DNA of 13,306 nucleotides from Thermoplasmataceae archaeon (GTDB lineage Archaea; Thermoplasmatota; Thermoplasmata; Thermoplasmatales; Thermoplasmataceae), in contig JBJKRS010000019.1 of assembly GCA_046704525.1 (NCBI GenBank), forward strand, positions 1 through 13,306, written 5' to 3'. Below, one piece after another: positions 1 through 8,173 of the stretch. The position numbers and the translations under genes were made by a program. The notes beneath the pieces are model-generated. The model saw only the letters and a program-made list of their open reading frames with translations. It searched no databases and was not told where the DNA came from. Each line of letters opens with the position of its first letter. The first letter of the stretch is position 1.

Positions 1-255
1 GGTATATTCAACCTCCATTACTACGCTTTCATGGCGGCTGGGGCAATAGTAGTCATACTCCTGATACAGGGACTCGGCATATTCCTCCCCAACGAGGTGA
101 GGATATTCCTGGAACTCAGGAAGGACAACCCTGATACTGACCGAATCTCAAGGCTCGGGATGTTAAATTTCAGGCTGTCCGGATCACAGGCATTCTTCCA
201 GATAGCACTGATATTCGTCATGGCTAACATAGCCACGATGCATCTCAACTTCTGA
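1..255 (+). CDS. 3' end of an unidentified, probably membrane, protein that begins upstream of the window. The frame is open from nt 1 and ends at TGA 253-255.
   Basis: Frame 1 has no stop from position 1. It ends with hydrophobic segments (AIVVILLIQGLGIF, FFQIALIFVMANIA). No family was recognised. Confidence 0.3.
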   Translation, partial: GIFNLHYYAFMAAGAIVVILLIQGLGIFLPNEVRIFLELRKDNPDTDRISRLGMLNFRLSGSQAFFQIALIFVMANIATMHLNF

Positions 256-260
256 AGCCA

Positions 261-1409
261 TTATTTGGAGAGGCTCAACTGGGCTGCCTCTACACCTGAG
301 CCCGGACTCACGCTCTCTCCTGATTGCCTGAGTGCCCTCTCGAGCACAGACAGCGCCCTGAGTATGTGGTGGTCCTCGACCCAGCCCATGTGGCCTATCC
401 TTATGTAGTCAGGCTTCACGCCCTTATGTACGCCTGAGCCGAATTCAACACCCAGGGAAAGTGCCTTCGAGAGCACATCCTTCTGGTTTGACCTGGAAAG
501 CCTGAGCCCTGTGACAGTGTTGCTCCTGTACTCCTTTCGCGCGACAATGTCCATTCCCATGCCCTCTATTCCAGATCTAAGTGCATCCGCCATTTTCCTG
601 TGGCGTTCAGCCCTTTCACGGACTCCTTCCTCCGAGATGAGCCGGAAGGCTTCCCTGATTGAAAAGACAGTGTTTATGGGAGGCGTGGCGAAGTAACCCC
701 CTTTTCCCTCTGCCATTCCCTTCATTATTGGAAGCCAGTTCATGAGGTTGAGGGAATACCCTGCAAGTGATTTTTCATCAAGGCCAGCCATTGCGCGTTC
801 AGATGCCACGAGGAGCCCAGCTCCCGGAGGGGCGCCAATAGCCTTCTGGCTTGCAGTCAGGAATATGTCAACTCCCCGCTTCTCCGCATCTGCCACCTCT
901 CCTCCGACTCCGGCCACTCCATCCACGGTGATCAGGTCAGACATGCCCTTCAGCACAGGAAGCAGTTCATCCAGCGGTGCTCTCACGCCTGTGCTGGTCT
1001 CCACCTGTGTCATGAACGCCATTTTGTAATGCTTGCCTGACGTTCTTTCTTTGACCATTTCCGGGGTCACGGATTCTCCTGCCTCTGCACGGATAACATC
1101 GAGTTTGACCCTGTACCTGGAGAAAATGGCCTCCCACCTGTCTCCAAACACTCCGTTCGTAAGTATCAGCAGGTCATCTCCTTCGTGAAGGAAGGATGCA
1201 ACACTCTCCATGGCAGAAGTGCCGCTTCCAGGAATAATGAAAGGCTGGTAGCTCTTCCCTGCCCCCATGACTGCCCTGAGACCCTCAAGTGAATCTCCCA
1301 TGGCCCTGATGAATTCCGGTGAAGCGAACCCAATGTTGGCTTTTGCCCCTTCCAGGAGCACATCTCTGTTTCCTATTGATGGCCCGACATGCATGAGAAG
1401 TCTGCTCAT
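261..1409 (-). CDS. Class V PLP-dependent aminotransferase (serine-pyruvate/aspartate aminotransferase type, MJ0959-like)
   Basis: 382 aa from ATG 1409. The N-terminus MSRLLMHVGPS matches M. jannaschii MJ0959 MKLLMIPGP, and GSGTSAMES and FGDRWEAI motifs typical of this class follow. The longer ORF beginning at GTG 1439 is less likely. TAA stop. Confidence 0.8.
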   Translation of the reverse strand: MSRLLMHVGPSIGNRDVLLEGAKANIGFASPEFIRAMGDSLEGLRAVMGAGKSYQPFIIPGSGTSAMESVASFLHEGDDLLILTNGVFGDRWEAIFSRYRVKLDVIRAEAGESVTPEMVKERTSGKHYKMAFMTQVETSTGVRAPLDELLPVLKGMSDLITVDGVAGVGGEVADAEKRGVDIFLTASQKAIGAPPGAGLLVASERAMAGLDEKSLAGYSLNLMNWLPIMKGMAEGKGGYFATPPINTVFSIREAFRLISEEGVRERAERHRKMADALRSGIEGMGMDIVARKEYRSNTVTGLRLSRSNQKDVLSKALSLGVEFGSGVHKGVKPDYIRIGHMGWVEDHHILRALSVLERALRQSGESVSPGSGVEAAQLSLSK

Positions 1410-1516
1410 GCTTGAGGAACGGGTATTATTAGTTAACACTTGCGTGAACCCATGGCTCGGTTTTCTTGCGGCTCTATGGCAGGTTTATTAAGCGACCTTG
1501 AACATGCGTTTCCAGA

Positions 1517-2665
1517 ATGGACCCACGCAGTGCTGCGCTATCCGTTGCAAAATTCTCAAGATCCTTCTCCCTCAGCATGCTTGCTGTGCTTACTCCGTAC
1601 TATCTCTCCTCCCTCGGCCTGGAGTCAGCCTACTACATAGGCGCAGTTATCGTCCTCGCCGCTGGAGTCTCCACAGCGTTCGTATATGCATTTGCATACC
1701 TGAAGATTGCACTCAGGAACCGCTTGCTTATCCTGGCATCTCTTTTCACAGCTTCAATGTCAGTTATAGCCATCTTCCATGGGATCCTCCCATTCATAGC
1801 GGCAATCATCTTAGGCGGCATTACACTTTCAGGCAGGGACTTGACTCCGAACGAGACAGTTGAGAAATTTTCCATCAGCACTTACGAATCCGAACAGAAG
1901 AGCAGGAACCTCGCTTTTTCAGTCTACAACTTCTCCTCCTACATAGCTGGAACTGCAGCCTCCCTCATTCTCTTCATTTTCGGCTCCCTCCACATGTATT
2001 CCTATTTTTACCTCGATATTGCCTTTGCACTCGCCCAGTTTATCCCGTACCTGGCTGTAAAGCTGCCAGAGAAGATCGAGCGGGAATCACCCAGGAAGTT
2101 TGATAAGGAAACACTTGCCCATGTAAGGAGACTCACCCCCCTCTTCGCAATGGATGCTTTTGGGGGCGGCATAGTTGTGACATCTGTCATAGCGCTCTGG
2201 TTCAAGTCGGTGTACGGAATCTCCCTCTCGCAGGCAGGGCTGATGTTCGTAATAGTAAATGTCATCACGGCAGCCTCTATTATTGCAGTCTCAATGATAT
2301 CAAACAGGCTGGGGCTAATACGCACGATGGTATATACTCACCTGGTCAGCAACGCATTTCTTGTCATGGTGCCGATTTTCCACACTCTTGCACTAAGCCA
2401 GTTAATGCTGTACCTGCGGCAGACGACGAGCCAGATGGACGTACCGGGCCGGGATAGCTTCATAAATACTGTGATACCGCAGGAACACAGGGTGCGAAGC
2501 AATTCCCACTTTCTGGCAGCCCGCAGCATCTCAATGGTACCGGGGCCGGGCATAGCTGGCCTCCTCATAGAATTTTCTTCCGCCTCTACGTTCTTCCTCG
2601 GCGGTGGTGTGAAAATCATCTACGACTTGCTTCTATTCGCCAGGTACAGGAATTACAGAAAATGA
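1517..2665 (+). CDS. Major facilitator superfamily (MFS)-type transporter
   Basis: 382 aa with about 10-12 hydrophobic helices and an MFS-like N-terminus (FSRSFSLSMLAVLTPYYLSSLGL). Divergent from the aminotransferase gene. TGA stop. Confidence 0.6.
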   Translation: MDPRSAALSVAKFSRSFSLSMLAVLTPYYLSSLGLESAYYIGAVIVLAAGVSTAFVYAFAYLKIALRNRLLILASLFTASMSVIAIFHGILPFIAAIILGGITLSGRDLTPNETVEKFSISTYESEQKSRNLAFSVYNFSSYIAGTAASLILFIFGSLHMYSYFYLDIAFALAQFIPYLAVKLPEKIERESPRKFDKETLAHVRRLTPLFAMDAFGGGIVVTSVIALWFKSVYGISLSQAGLMFVIVNVITAASIIAVSMISNRLGLIRTMVYTHLVSNAFLVMVPIFHTLALSQLMLYLRQTTSQMDVPGRDSFINTVIPQEHRVRSNSHFLAARSISMVPGPGIAGLLIEFSSASTFFLGGGVKIIYDLLLFARYRNYRK

Positions 2666-2671
2666 AGAACT

Positions 2672-3007
2672 TCAGTACTCTATGTCGTACTCATCCGTTA
2701 TGGATACCTTGACCCTGTTGCGCCCTACCCGGACTATTTCCTCAATAGGCTCCCTGAGCCTGTAGATGTGCTGCGATCTCCCGGCCCCCCTTCCCTCCTT
2801 CTTTTCCATCCTCTGCACAAATCCCTGCGAGAGGAGGTAGTTGAGTGTCTGGCTTGCCCTTGAGGAAGATATTCCAAGAAGGCGGGAAATGCTCTGGAGC
2901 CTGGCACCCTTGACCTGCTCCAGGAGAGCAAGGATCTTGGCCTTGTTTCTGCTGTAACCTGCATTGCGAAGCAGGTCATAGATCCCATTTGCCCTCTCGG
3001 TGTCCAT
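2672..3007 (-). CDS. Small winged-helix transcriptional regulator (ArsR/MarR/TrmB-like wHTH)
   Basis: 111 aa. An HTH-like segment (LQSISRLLGISSSRASQTLNYLLSQGFVQR) is followed by a basic wing. ATG at 3007, TGA stop. Convergent with the MFS gene across a 6-nt gap. Confidence 0.55.
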   Translation of the reverse strand: MDTERANGIYDLLRNAGYSRNKAKILALLEQVKGARLQSISRLLGISSSRASQTLNYLLSQGFVQRMEKKEGRGAGRSQHIYRLREPIEEIVRVGRNRVKVSITDEYDIEY

Positions 3008-3028
3008 AAGGAATATATTAACAAGAGC

Positions 3029-3042
3029 ATATTTATATTTTC
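3029..3042 (-). promoter_or_regulatory. Archaeal TATA box for the wHTH gene, positioned for a leaderless transcript
   Basis: aaatataaat on the minus strand lies at -24 to -33 relative to ATG 3007. Confidence 0.4.
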
Positions 3043-3101
3043 CCCAAGAGGTTCTGACATTGCGTGCAGAAAGTCGCTTCGGGCCCAGCAGCGGGCGGAG
3101 T

Positions 3102-3124
3102 GAAAAAACATTAAGGCTTATAAT
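3102..3124 (+). promoter_or_regulatory. A/T-rich TATA-like region upstream of hisS (divergent from the wHTH promoter)
   Basis: aaaaaacattaaggcttataat ends about 15-35 nt upstream of ATG 3140. The exact box is ambiguous. Confidence 0.3.
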
Positions 3125-3139
3125 GGCTTACAGCCCTTG

Positions 3140-4426
3140 ATGAAAGTAGAGAGGATCAAGGGCTTCAGGGATCAGTTCCCGGAGGACATGGGTCCAAGGA
3201 AGAAGCTTCTCAGGATCGCAGAGGAAAGGGCGGAGAGATTCGGATTCAAGAAGATCGATGTCCCTAGCCTTGAGTCTCTTGAACTCTATCGAATCAAGTC
3301 AGGCGAAGAACTCATATCACAGACATATTCATTTGTTGACCGGGGAGGCCGGGAAGTCACAATGATCCCGGAATTTACCCCCTCGGTGGTGAGGATGCTT
3401 ACCTCACGCAAGGATATCCCCCGTCCTGTAAGGTGGTACGGGACGCCAAAGCTCTGGAGGTATGAGGAGCCCCAGGCCGGAAGGCTCAGGGAGCACATCC
3501 AGTTCAACGCTGACATCTTCGGCCCTGACACTCCTGAGGCTGATGCAGAAATCATAGGTCTGGCCTGCTCAATACTGGACTCGCTCGGTCTTGGCGGGGA
3601 ATATGAGGTAAGGATGAGCAACAGGAAAGTCACAGAGATGCTTCTGTCCTCACTGGGAATAAAGGCTCCGGAGAAGGCATTCCCCGTTATCGACAGATTC
3701 CGGAAAGTCACCCGGGAGGAGTTCCTGGACAACATAAAGCAGCTGGGCGTCTCTGCCGGCAACGCCGAGTCGCTTGCAGACATGGTTTCTGAGAATTTTG
3801 ATGTAGAAGAGCTTAAGGAGCGCCTGTCAGGACAAATGGGAAACCACTTCGACAAGGGCCTGGTCGACAGTGTCATCGAAACAGGCAGGCTTGTCAGAAC
3901 GTTCACTTCTTCTGGAGTGAAGTACGACTTCTCCATTGTACGCGGGCTCTCATACTACACAGGAACTGTTTTCGAGGCATTCGACATAGGAGGAGAATTC
4001 CGTTCCATACTGGGTGGAGGAAGGTACAACAACCTTGCTGCGCTCCTGTCCGAACAGGACATACCTGCTGTTGGATTCGGCATGGGGGACGCTGTTATCG
4101 AGCTGCTGATGAAAAGGGCGGGCAAGTGGAAGCCTGACGACGGGAAAGATACCTATTTTGTAGCATGCCTTGGAGCCAGGGCAAGAGAATATGCATTCAG
4201 CATAGCGAATGAGATCAGGAAGTCAAGTAATGCGATCACCGAACTCTCAGGAAGGGGACTTTCCAGTCAGCTCAAAAGTGCTGCTGCAAGCGGATGCACA
4301 CATGCCGTCCTGATTGGGGAGAGGGAAGCTGGTGAAGGAACTGTGACCATCAGGGATATGAACAGCGGAGAGCAGTCTACTATGTCCAGGGCTGACTTCA
4401 TGGCGATACTGGGCACCGGTGCATGA
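3140..4426 (+). CDS. hisS: Histidyl-tRNA synthetase
   Basis: N-terminal KGFRDQFPED is the HisRS KGTRD-type motif, and the class II aaRS core and C-terminal domain are present. The ORF track starts at TTG 3137, but the true ATG is at 3140. TGA stop. Confidence 0.9.
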   Translation: MKVERIKGFRDQFPEDMGPRKKLLRIAEERAERFGFKKIDVPSLESLELYRIKSGEELISQTYSFVDRGGREVTMIPEFTPSVVRMLTSRKDIPRPVRWYGTPKLWRYEEPQAGRLREHIQFNADIFGPDTPEADAEIIGLACSILDSLGLGGEYEVRMSNRKVTEMLLSSLGIKAPEKAFPVIDRFRKVTREEFLDNIKQLGVSAGNAESLADMVSENFDVEELKERLSGQMGNHFDKGLVDSVIETGRLVRTFTSSGVKYDFSIVRGLSYYTGTVFEAFDIGGEFRSILGGGRYNNLAALLSEQDIPAVGFGMGDAVIELLMKRAGKWKPDDGKDTYFVACLGARAREYAFSIANEIRKSSNAITELSGRGLSSQLKSAAASGCTHAVLIGEREAGEGTVTIRDMNSGEQSTMSRADFMAILGTGA

Positions 4427-4493
4427 TCTCATTCTGCCCTATGCCCAACCACCTGAATCTGCGAAAAATGCAGGGAAATACGGGAAGAGGAAA

Positions 4494-4505
4494 TCTTTAT
4501 AAACA
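4494..4505 (+). promoter_or_regulatory. TATA box (tttataaa) upstream of the RAM-domain gene
   Basis: Centred about 36 nt upstream of GTG 4536, and ggtga precedes that start. Confidence 0.4.
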
Positions 4506-4535
4506 AAATAAAGCTTAAAGAAGCAGTGGTGAAAA

Positions 4536-4769
4536 GTGTCCATAGCGTTCGTTCTGGTAAGCACTGTTCCGGGCAAGGAGCATGAAGTATACAACAAGAT
4601 CTCGAAAGTCAACTACGTTGTAGAGATACACCCCCTCTTCGGCGAGTACGACCTTATTGTGAAGATAGACGCTAAGGACTACAGCGAACTCGGGAAGACT
4701 GTTGTCGAACAGATTCGCACAATCGAAGGGGTAATAGACACAAAAACACTTACCGGCATAAAATTGTGA
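4536..4769 (+). CDS. Stand-alone RAM domain protein (Lrp/AsnC C-terminal ligand-binding domain, no DNA-binding domain)
   Basis: 77 aa. MSIAFVLVSTVPGKEHEV...GEYDLIVKIDAKD matches the beta-alpha-beta-beta-alpha-beta RAM fold signature of about 75-aa archaeal stand-alone RAM proteins. GTG start, TGA stop. Confidence 0.7.
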   Translation: MSIAFVLVSTVPGKEHEVYNKISKVNYVVEIHPLFGEYDLIVKIDAKDYSELGKTVVEQIRTIEGVIDTKTLTGIKL

Positions 4770-4778
4770 GGTGAATAA

Positions 4779-5087
4779 GTGATCACGGATTTTACATGGA
4801 ACTGGCATATATTTCTACTGGTGATACTGGCTCTTCTGGCACTTTCGCTGATTATACTTGGGGTACTGACATCATACTTCGGAAGTGGCAAAAGCAGGGC
4901 TGTTGGTGTTGTCCTGCTCGTTGTCGGCGTAGTGATAGGCATTCTGACAATAGTAGTCTCAGACTATTCGTTCCACACCAGCTTCATAAGGGATGTGGTT
5001 GTTCCGACAATCTTCTATGTTGTGGCAGCCATAATTGGTGCAGTCATTGGGCTGCTGGTCTTCCTCGGCGCAATAATGAAGACCTGA
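4779..5087 (+). CDS. Small membrane protein with 3 predicted TM helices, translationally coupled to the RAM gene
   Basis: GTG start 10 nt after the RAM stop, preceded by gaggtga. Strongly hydrophobic helices. The overlapping frame at 4796-5125 gives a W/C-rich nonsense product. TGA stop. Confidence 0.5.
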   Translation: MITDFTWNWHIFLLVILALLALSLIILGVLTSYFGSGKSRAVGVVLLVVGVVIGILTIVVSDYSFHTSFIRDVVVPTIFYVVAAIIGAVIGLLVFLGAIMKT

Positions 5088-5117
5088 ACCATTCATTTCC
5101 CCACCCTTTTCCGTATC

Positions 5118-5129
5118 AATTTTAAATCA
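5118..5129 (+). promoter_or_regulatory. TATA box (aattttaaat) for guaAB, leaderless spacing
   Basis: Centred about 26 nt upstream of ATG 5149. Confidence 0.45.
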
Positions 5130-5148
5130 TAATCCCATATCCCACTGT

Positions 5149-6090
5149 ATGTTCAACTCTCCCGAATTTGTATCGGAAGCGAAGGAGCAGATACGTTCCG
5201 CCCTGGGTCAATCCAGGGGAATTATGGCATGTTCAGGAGGACAGGACAGCACCCTGCTTGCCGTCATCGCAAATGAAGCTGCCGGGGACTCCGTTCTTAC
5301 CGTTTTCATTGAAACGGGCCTTCTCAGGCTTGGAGAGAAAGAGAGGGTAGAAAAGATATTCAAGGACTACAAGCTGAACTACCGAATAGTGGACGCATCG
5401 GACAGGTTCCTGGACGGGCTAAAGGGCGTCACTGACCCGGAACAGAAGAGAAAGATCATTGGAAAGACTTTCATCGACGTGTTTTCAGAAATTGCGGAGG
5501 AGTCCGGGGCAGATTACCTTCTTCAGGGGACAATAGCTCCGGACTGGATAGAAAGCGGCGGTGGAGTCAGGGACACAATAAAGAGCCACCACAACGTGGG
5601 TGGCCTGCCTGAGGACATGAAATTAAAGCTTATTGAGCCCCTGAGAGATCTTTACAAGGACGAAGTAAGGATGGTGTCAGAACACCTGAAACTGCCATCC
5701 AATATACAGCCGTTTCCTGGCCCGGGGCTTGCAGTCAGGGTTATTGGGGAGGTTACCAGGGAGAAACTGAAGCTCCTCAGAGGCGTGACTGCAATCGTGG
5801 AATCAGAAATAGACGGCCAGTACAGGAGCTCCAAGATACGGCCATGGCAGTTTTTCGCCGTGCTCCTACCGGTGAAGACAACAGGAGTCCATGGGGACAA
5901 GAGGTCCTACGGGCCCACAGTGGCAATAAGATCGGTGGACACCGAAGACGCAATGAGCGGCTCTTTCACAAAACTGCCTTGGGAACTTCTGGAACACATA
6001 TCAGTCAGGATAACAAACGAATTCGGCGAGATCAACAGGGTAGTTTACGACGTAACAAACAAACCTCCCGGTACCATTGAATGGGAATGA
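5149..6090 (+). CDS. guaAB: GMP synthase [glutamine-hydrolysing] subunit B (ATP pyrophosphatase subunit of the archaeal split GuaA)
   Basis: SGGQDS PP-loop. Near-colinear similarity to M. jannaschii GuaAB ([61 protein letters not shown]). Confidence 0.9.
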   Translation: MFNSPEFVSEAKEQIRSALGQSRGIMACSGGQDSTLLAVIANEAAGDSVLTVFIETGLLRLGEKERVEKIFKDYKLNYRIVDASDRFLDGLKGVTDPEQKRKIIGKTFIDVFSEIAEESGADYLLQGTIAPDWIESGGGVRDTIKSHHNVGGLPEDMKLKLIEPLRDLYKDEVRMVSEHLKLPSNIQPFPGPGLAVRVIGEVTREKLKLLRGVTAIVESEIDGQYRSSKIRPWQFFAVLLPVKTTGVHGDKRSYGPTVAIRSVDTEDAMSGSFTKLPWELLEHISVRITNEFGEINRVVYDVTNKPPGTIEWE

Positions 6091-6115
6091 ACAGAGGCTG
6101 CTGAAACCGGCTGGG

Positions 6116-6400
6116 TCAATGCTGGATCTTCCTCTTTAGCCTCTGGTATTCTTTTTCCACTTTCTCGTCCAGGTACGCCTCACCCCTGTACACTGCCAGG
6201 AAGTGCCCTATTATTCCTATACCCCACCCGAACAGCACAAATACGAACCATGGGAATACCGATCCGTGCGGCGTAGTGGTGAAATACCAGATAGCTGCGA
6301 GAAACAGGTTTACTGCAATGTATATGCCGAAGTGGACCTGGAACCCAACTTTGTCAGCCGCGATTTTCTCGGCTCTCTTCTTCAGATCTTCATCATTCAT
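6116..6400 (-). CDS. 2TM-domain membrane protein (PF13239-like)
   Basis: 95 aa from ATG 6400 (MNDEDLKKRAEK...). Two hydrophobic helices (VHFGIYIAVNLFLAAIW and FPWFVFVLFGWGIGIIGHF) match the 2TM family pattern. The upstream in-frame extension in the ORF track is probably not translated. Confidence 0.65.
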   Translation of the reverse strand: MNDEDLKKRAEKIAADKVGFQVHFGIYIAVNLFLAAIWYFTTTPHGSVFPWFVFVLFGWGIGIIGHFLAVYRGEAYLDEKVEKEYQRLKRKIQH

Positions 6401-6419
6401 GATTAAATCAATCAGAACC

Positions 6420-6431
6420 GGATTATAACTG
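6420..6431 (-). promoter_or_regulatory. TATA box (agttataatcc on the minus strand) for the 2TM gene, leaderless
   Basis: Centred about 26 nt upstream of ATG 6400. Confidence 0.4.
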
Positions 6432-6563
6432 GGCATCCTCATCTTTATCGGACTGGAATTAAAGCCCAGGTACAGGCAGTTGTACTGAAGAGAGGGGCAA
6501 GCAGGGGGTGACATGTGGATTAAAACCGTGCAATGTATACACGTTGAGGGAAAAAGAAAAGAA

Positions 6564-6578
6564 ATAATAATTATATGA
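6564..6578 (+). promoter_or_regulatory. TATA box (aataattatat) upstream of rps2
   Basis: About 45 nt upstream of ATG 6617, leaving a short leader that contains agagtga. Confidence 0.4.
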
Positions 6579-6616
6579 GGGCAGTATCAGGAAACATTAT
6601 CCCAAAGAGTGATTCA

Positions 6617-7219
6617 ATGAACACAGAGGAACTGTTAATCTCAGAGGAGGAATACCAGAAATCCGGTGTCCACATAGGGACACAGACCAAGTCAAAGGAT
6701 ATGCTGAATTATATCTTCAAAATAAGAAACGACGGCCTTTATATTCTGGATGTCAGAAAAACCAATGACGCCCTTGTGACTGCCGGAAGGATGCTTGCGC
6801 GAATAGATCCCGCAGACATACTCGTGGTTGCACAGAGGCAGTACGCTTTCAGGCCCGTGAACAAGTTCTCGGAAGTTGTCGGAGCCAACTCCATTGTGGG
6901 AAGGTTCATTCCTGGCACACTGACAAACCCGCAACTTGAAAGCTACAGGGAGGCCAAAGTCATAGTGGTGACCGACCCTCTCGCGGATGTCCAGGTCATG
7001 AAGGAGGCTAAGAGGACTGGAGTCCCAATCATCGCTCTGTGCGATGCCAACAACAAGACAGATTTTGTCGATCTCGTAATACCAACTAACAACAAGGGAA
7101 GAAGGTCGCTTGCAGTCATTTACTGGCTCCTTGCAAGAGAGACCCTCAAGAACAGGGGAAAGATCTCTTCCAACGAGGACTTCAGCTATACAGTCGACGA
7201 CTTCGAAGTGCAGCTATAA
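6617..7219 (+). CDS. rps2: 30S ribosomal protein S2 (uS2), archaeal type
   Basis: LLISEEEYQKSGVHIGTQ...YIFKIRNDGLYILDVRKT and DPLADVQVMKEAKRTGVPIIALCDANN are canonical uS2 blocks. Start chosen at MNTEEL. ATG 6575 in the ORF track lies inside the TATA box. TAA stop. Confidence 0.88.
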   Translation: MNTEELLISEEEYQKSGVHIGTQTKSKDMLNYIFKIRNDGLYILDVRKTNDALVTAGRMLARIDPADILVVAQRQYAFRPVNKFSEVVGANSIVGRFIPGTLTNPQLESYREAKVIVVTDPLADVQVMKEAKRTGVPIIALCDANNKTDFVDLVIPTNNKGRRSLAVIYWLLARETLKNRGKISSNEDFSYTVDDFEVQL

Positions 7220-7237
7220 TTACCGCTGCACTCACCA

Positions 7238-7250
7238 ACTCTCCCTTTTT
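7238..7250 (+). terminator. Oligo-T tract (ctctcccttttt) in the convergent gap between rps2 and endA
   Basis: A pyrimidine/T run lies immediately after the rps2 stop. Archaeal terminators are oligo-T. It overlaps the endA stop on the opposite strand. Confidence 0.3.
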
Positions 7251-8172
7251 ACAGGAATGGTTCCCGCAGTCGTTGGACAGCCACGTATTTCGTGCTGTTG
7301 TTATCCGGACCAGCGAAGACCATAGTCTTGTGCACTCCGTGAGCAACCCGGACTGCCCTGCTGATCTTGTACCACTCCTCGCTCCCGGAGAGGAAATGTA
7401 TCAGGTAATCTGCATGGGACTCCATGTCTCCGGTATAAGCCCTGAAATTTGTCCCGTACTTGAATCCTGTTTTGACTATGAGCCCTCTGGCAACTAGATC
7501 GGAGTATATCCTGTAAAGAGGGTTTCCTGAGCATGCGTCTGATTCTCCTGAAGCTTCCCTGAGAAGGCATTCTTCCATTTCTGTAAGGAACCTGACATTC
7601 CTGAACCTGTTGCCGATCCAGCCGGGTACGTCATCCCCGACCAGGGCGCTCCTGTCAGAAATTCGGGGGAAGTCTGCTTGTATGTTTCCTGCAAACATGT
7701 TGTCCCCTTTCGGATCACTGCCCTCCACTCGGAAGAAAGTGATATCATTCTCGTCATCAACTGCCGCAACAAGCGACCCTTCCATGCCAATAAGCTCTCT
7801 GAAGGAAAGGCTGCTGCTTTCCCTTATAACCCTGAGGGGTCCGCTGTATTCATCCCTCGGCGATTTCCTGAAAAACAGTGAGTCCTTCTCCCTCTTCACT
7901 TGCAGCCCCTTGAGCTTGACCTTCTCGTAGACTGAATATAGAATCAGGTCTGATGGTTCAGGGAGGAGCTCGCGCATTAGATTCAGGGAATCTGTGTAAA
8001 AGGGGTTTTCCGGCTCAATTTTGCCCTTGAAGAAGAGGAACAGGCCCTCGAAAGGCGTAAGCATGAGGGTTTCCTCTGCCATTTTGCCCACTCTGTATTT
8101 GCTTACTATCGACGACGGGCCGCGTGATCCTGTTAGCCTGAAAACAATGCCTGCGGAGATGGCCCTTTGCAT
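7249..8172 (-). CDS. endA: tRNA-splicing (intron) endonuclease, alpha2 type with a degenerate N-terminal repeat
   Basis: Catalytic block GLIVKTGFKYGTNFRAYTG...HADYLIH...RVAHGVHKTMVFA resembles A. fulgidus EndA (GFVVKTGFKFGSEFRVY...RLAQNVRKRMVFA). The N-terminal LTPFEGLFL matches AF LHPLEVVYL, which favours the ATG 8172 start (307 aa) over ATG 8082 or the 336-aa ORF that overlaps the GTPase. Confidence 0.8.
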   Translation of the reverse strand: MQRAISAGIVFRLTGSRGPSSIVSKYRVGKMAEETLMLTPFEGLFLFFKGKIEPENPFYTDSLNLMRELLPEPSDLILYSVYEKVKLKGLQVKREKDSLFFRKSPRDEYSGPLRVIRESSSLSFRELIGMEGSLVAAVDDENDITFFRVEGSDPKGDNMFAGNIQADFPRISDRSALVGDDVPGWIGNRFRNVRFLTEMEECLLREASGESDACSGNPLYRIYSDLVARGLIVKTGFKYGTNFRAYTGDMESHADYLIHFLSGSEEWYKISRAVRVAHGVHKTMVFAGPDNNSTKYVAVQRLREPFL

Positions 8173-8173
8173 G

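Noticed and set aside
2008-2619. Two minus-strand ORFs (105 and 93 aa), plus the 1498-1863 plus-strand ORF, within the MFS transporter gene
   Set aside because: They lie in alternate frames or antisense to a hydrophobic-helix-rich ORF, and none shows a family signature.
3286-3936. 216-aa minus-strand ORF inside hisS
   Set aside because: Antisense to a well-supported HisRS gene. Its composition is Ser/Pro-rich and non-protein-like.
4796-5125. 109-aa Cys/Trp-rich ORF overlapping the small membrane protein gene
   Set aside because: The competing frame encodes clean TM helices and is coupled to the RAM gene by an SD. The W/C-rich product is the usual out-of-frame artefact of hydrophobic codons.
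6401-6514. N-terminal extension of the 2TM protein (MSPPACPSLQ...MRMPSYNPVLIDLI)
   Set aside because: The 2TM family consensus begins at the acidic MNDEDLKKRAEK segment, and a TATA box sits about 26 nt upstream of ATG 6400. The extension would place the promoter inside the coding region.
6575-6616. Upstream ATG (6575) start for rps2 proposed by the ORF track
   Set aside because: The ATG lies within the aataattatat TATA box. Archaeal uS2 proteins align from the MNTEEL start, giving about 200 aa.
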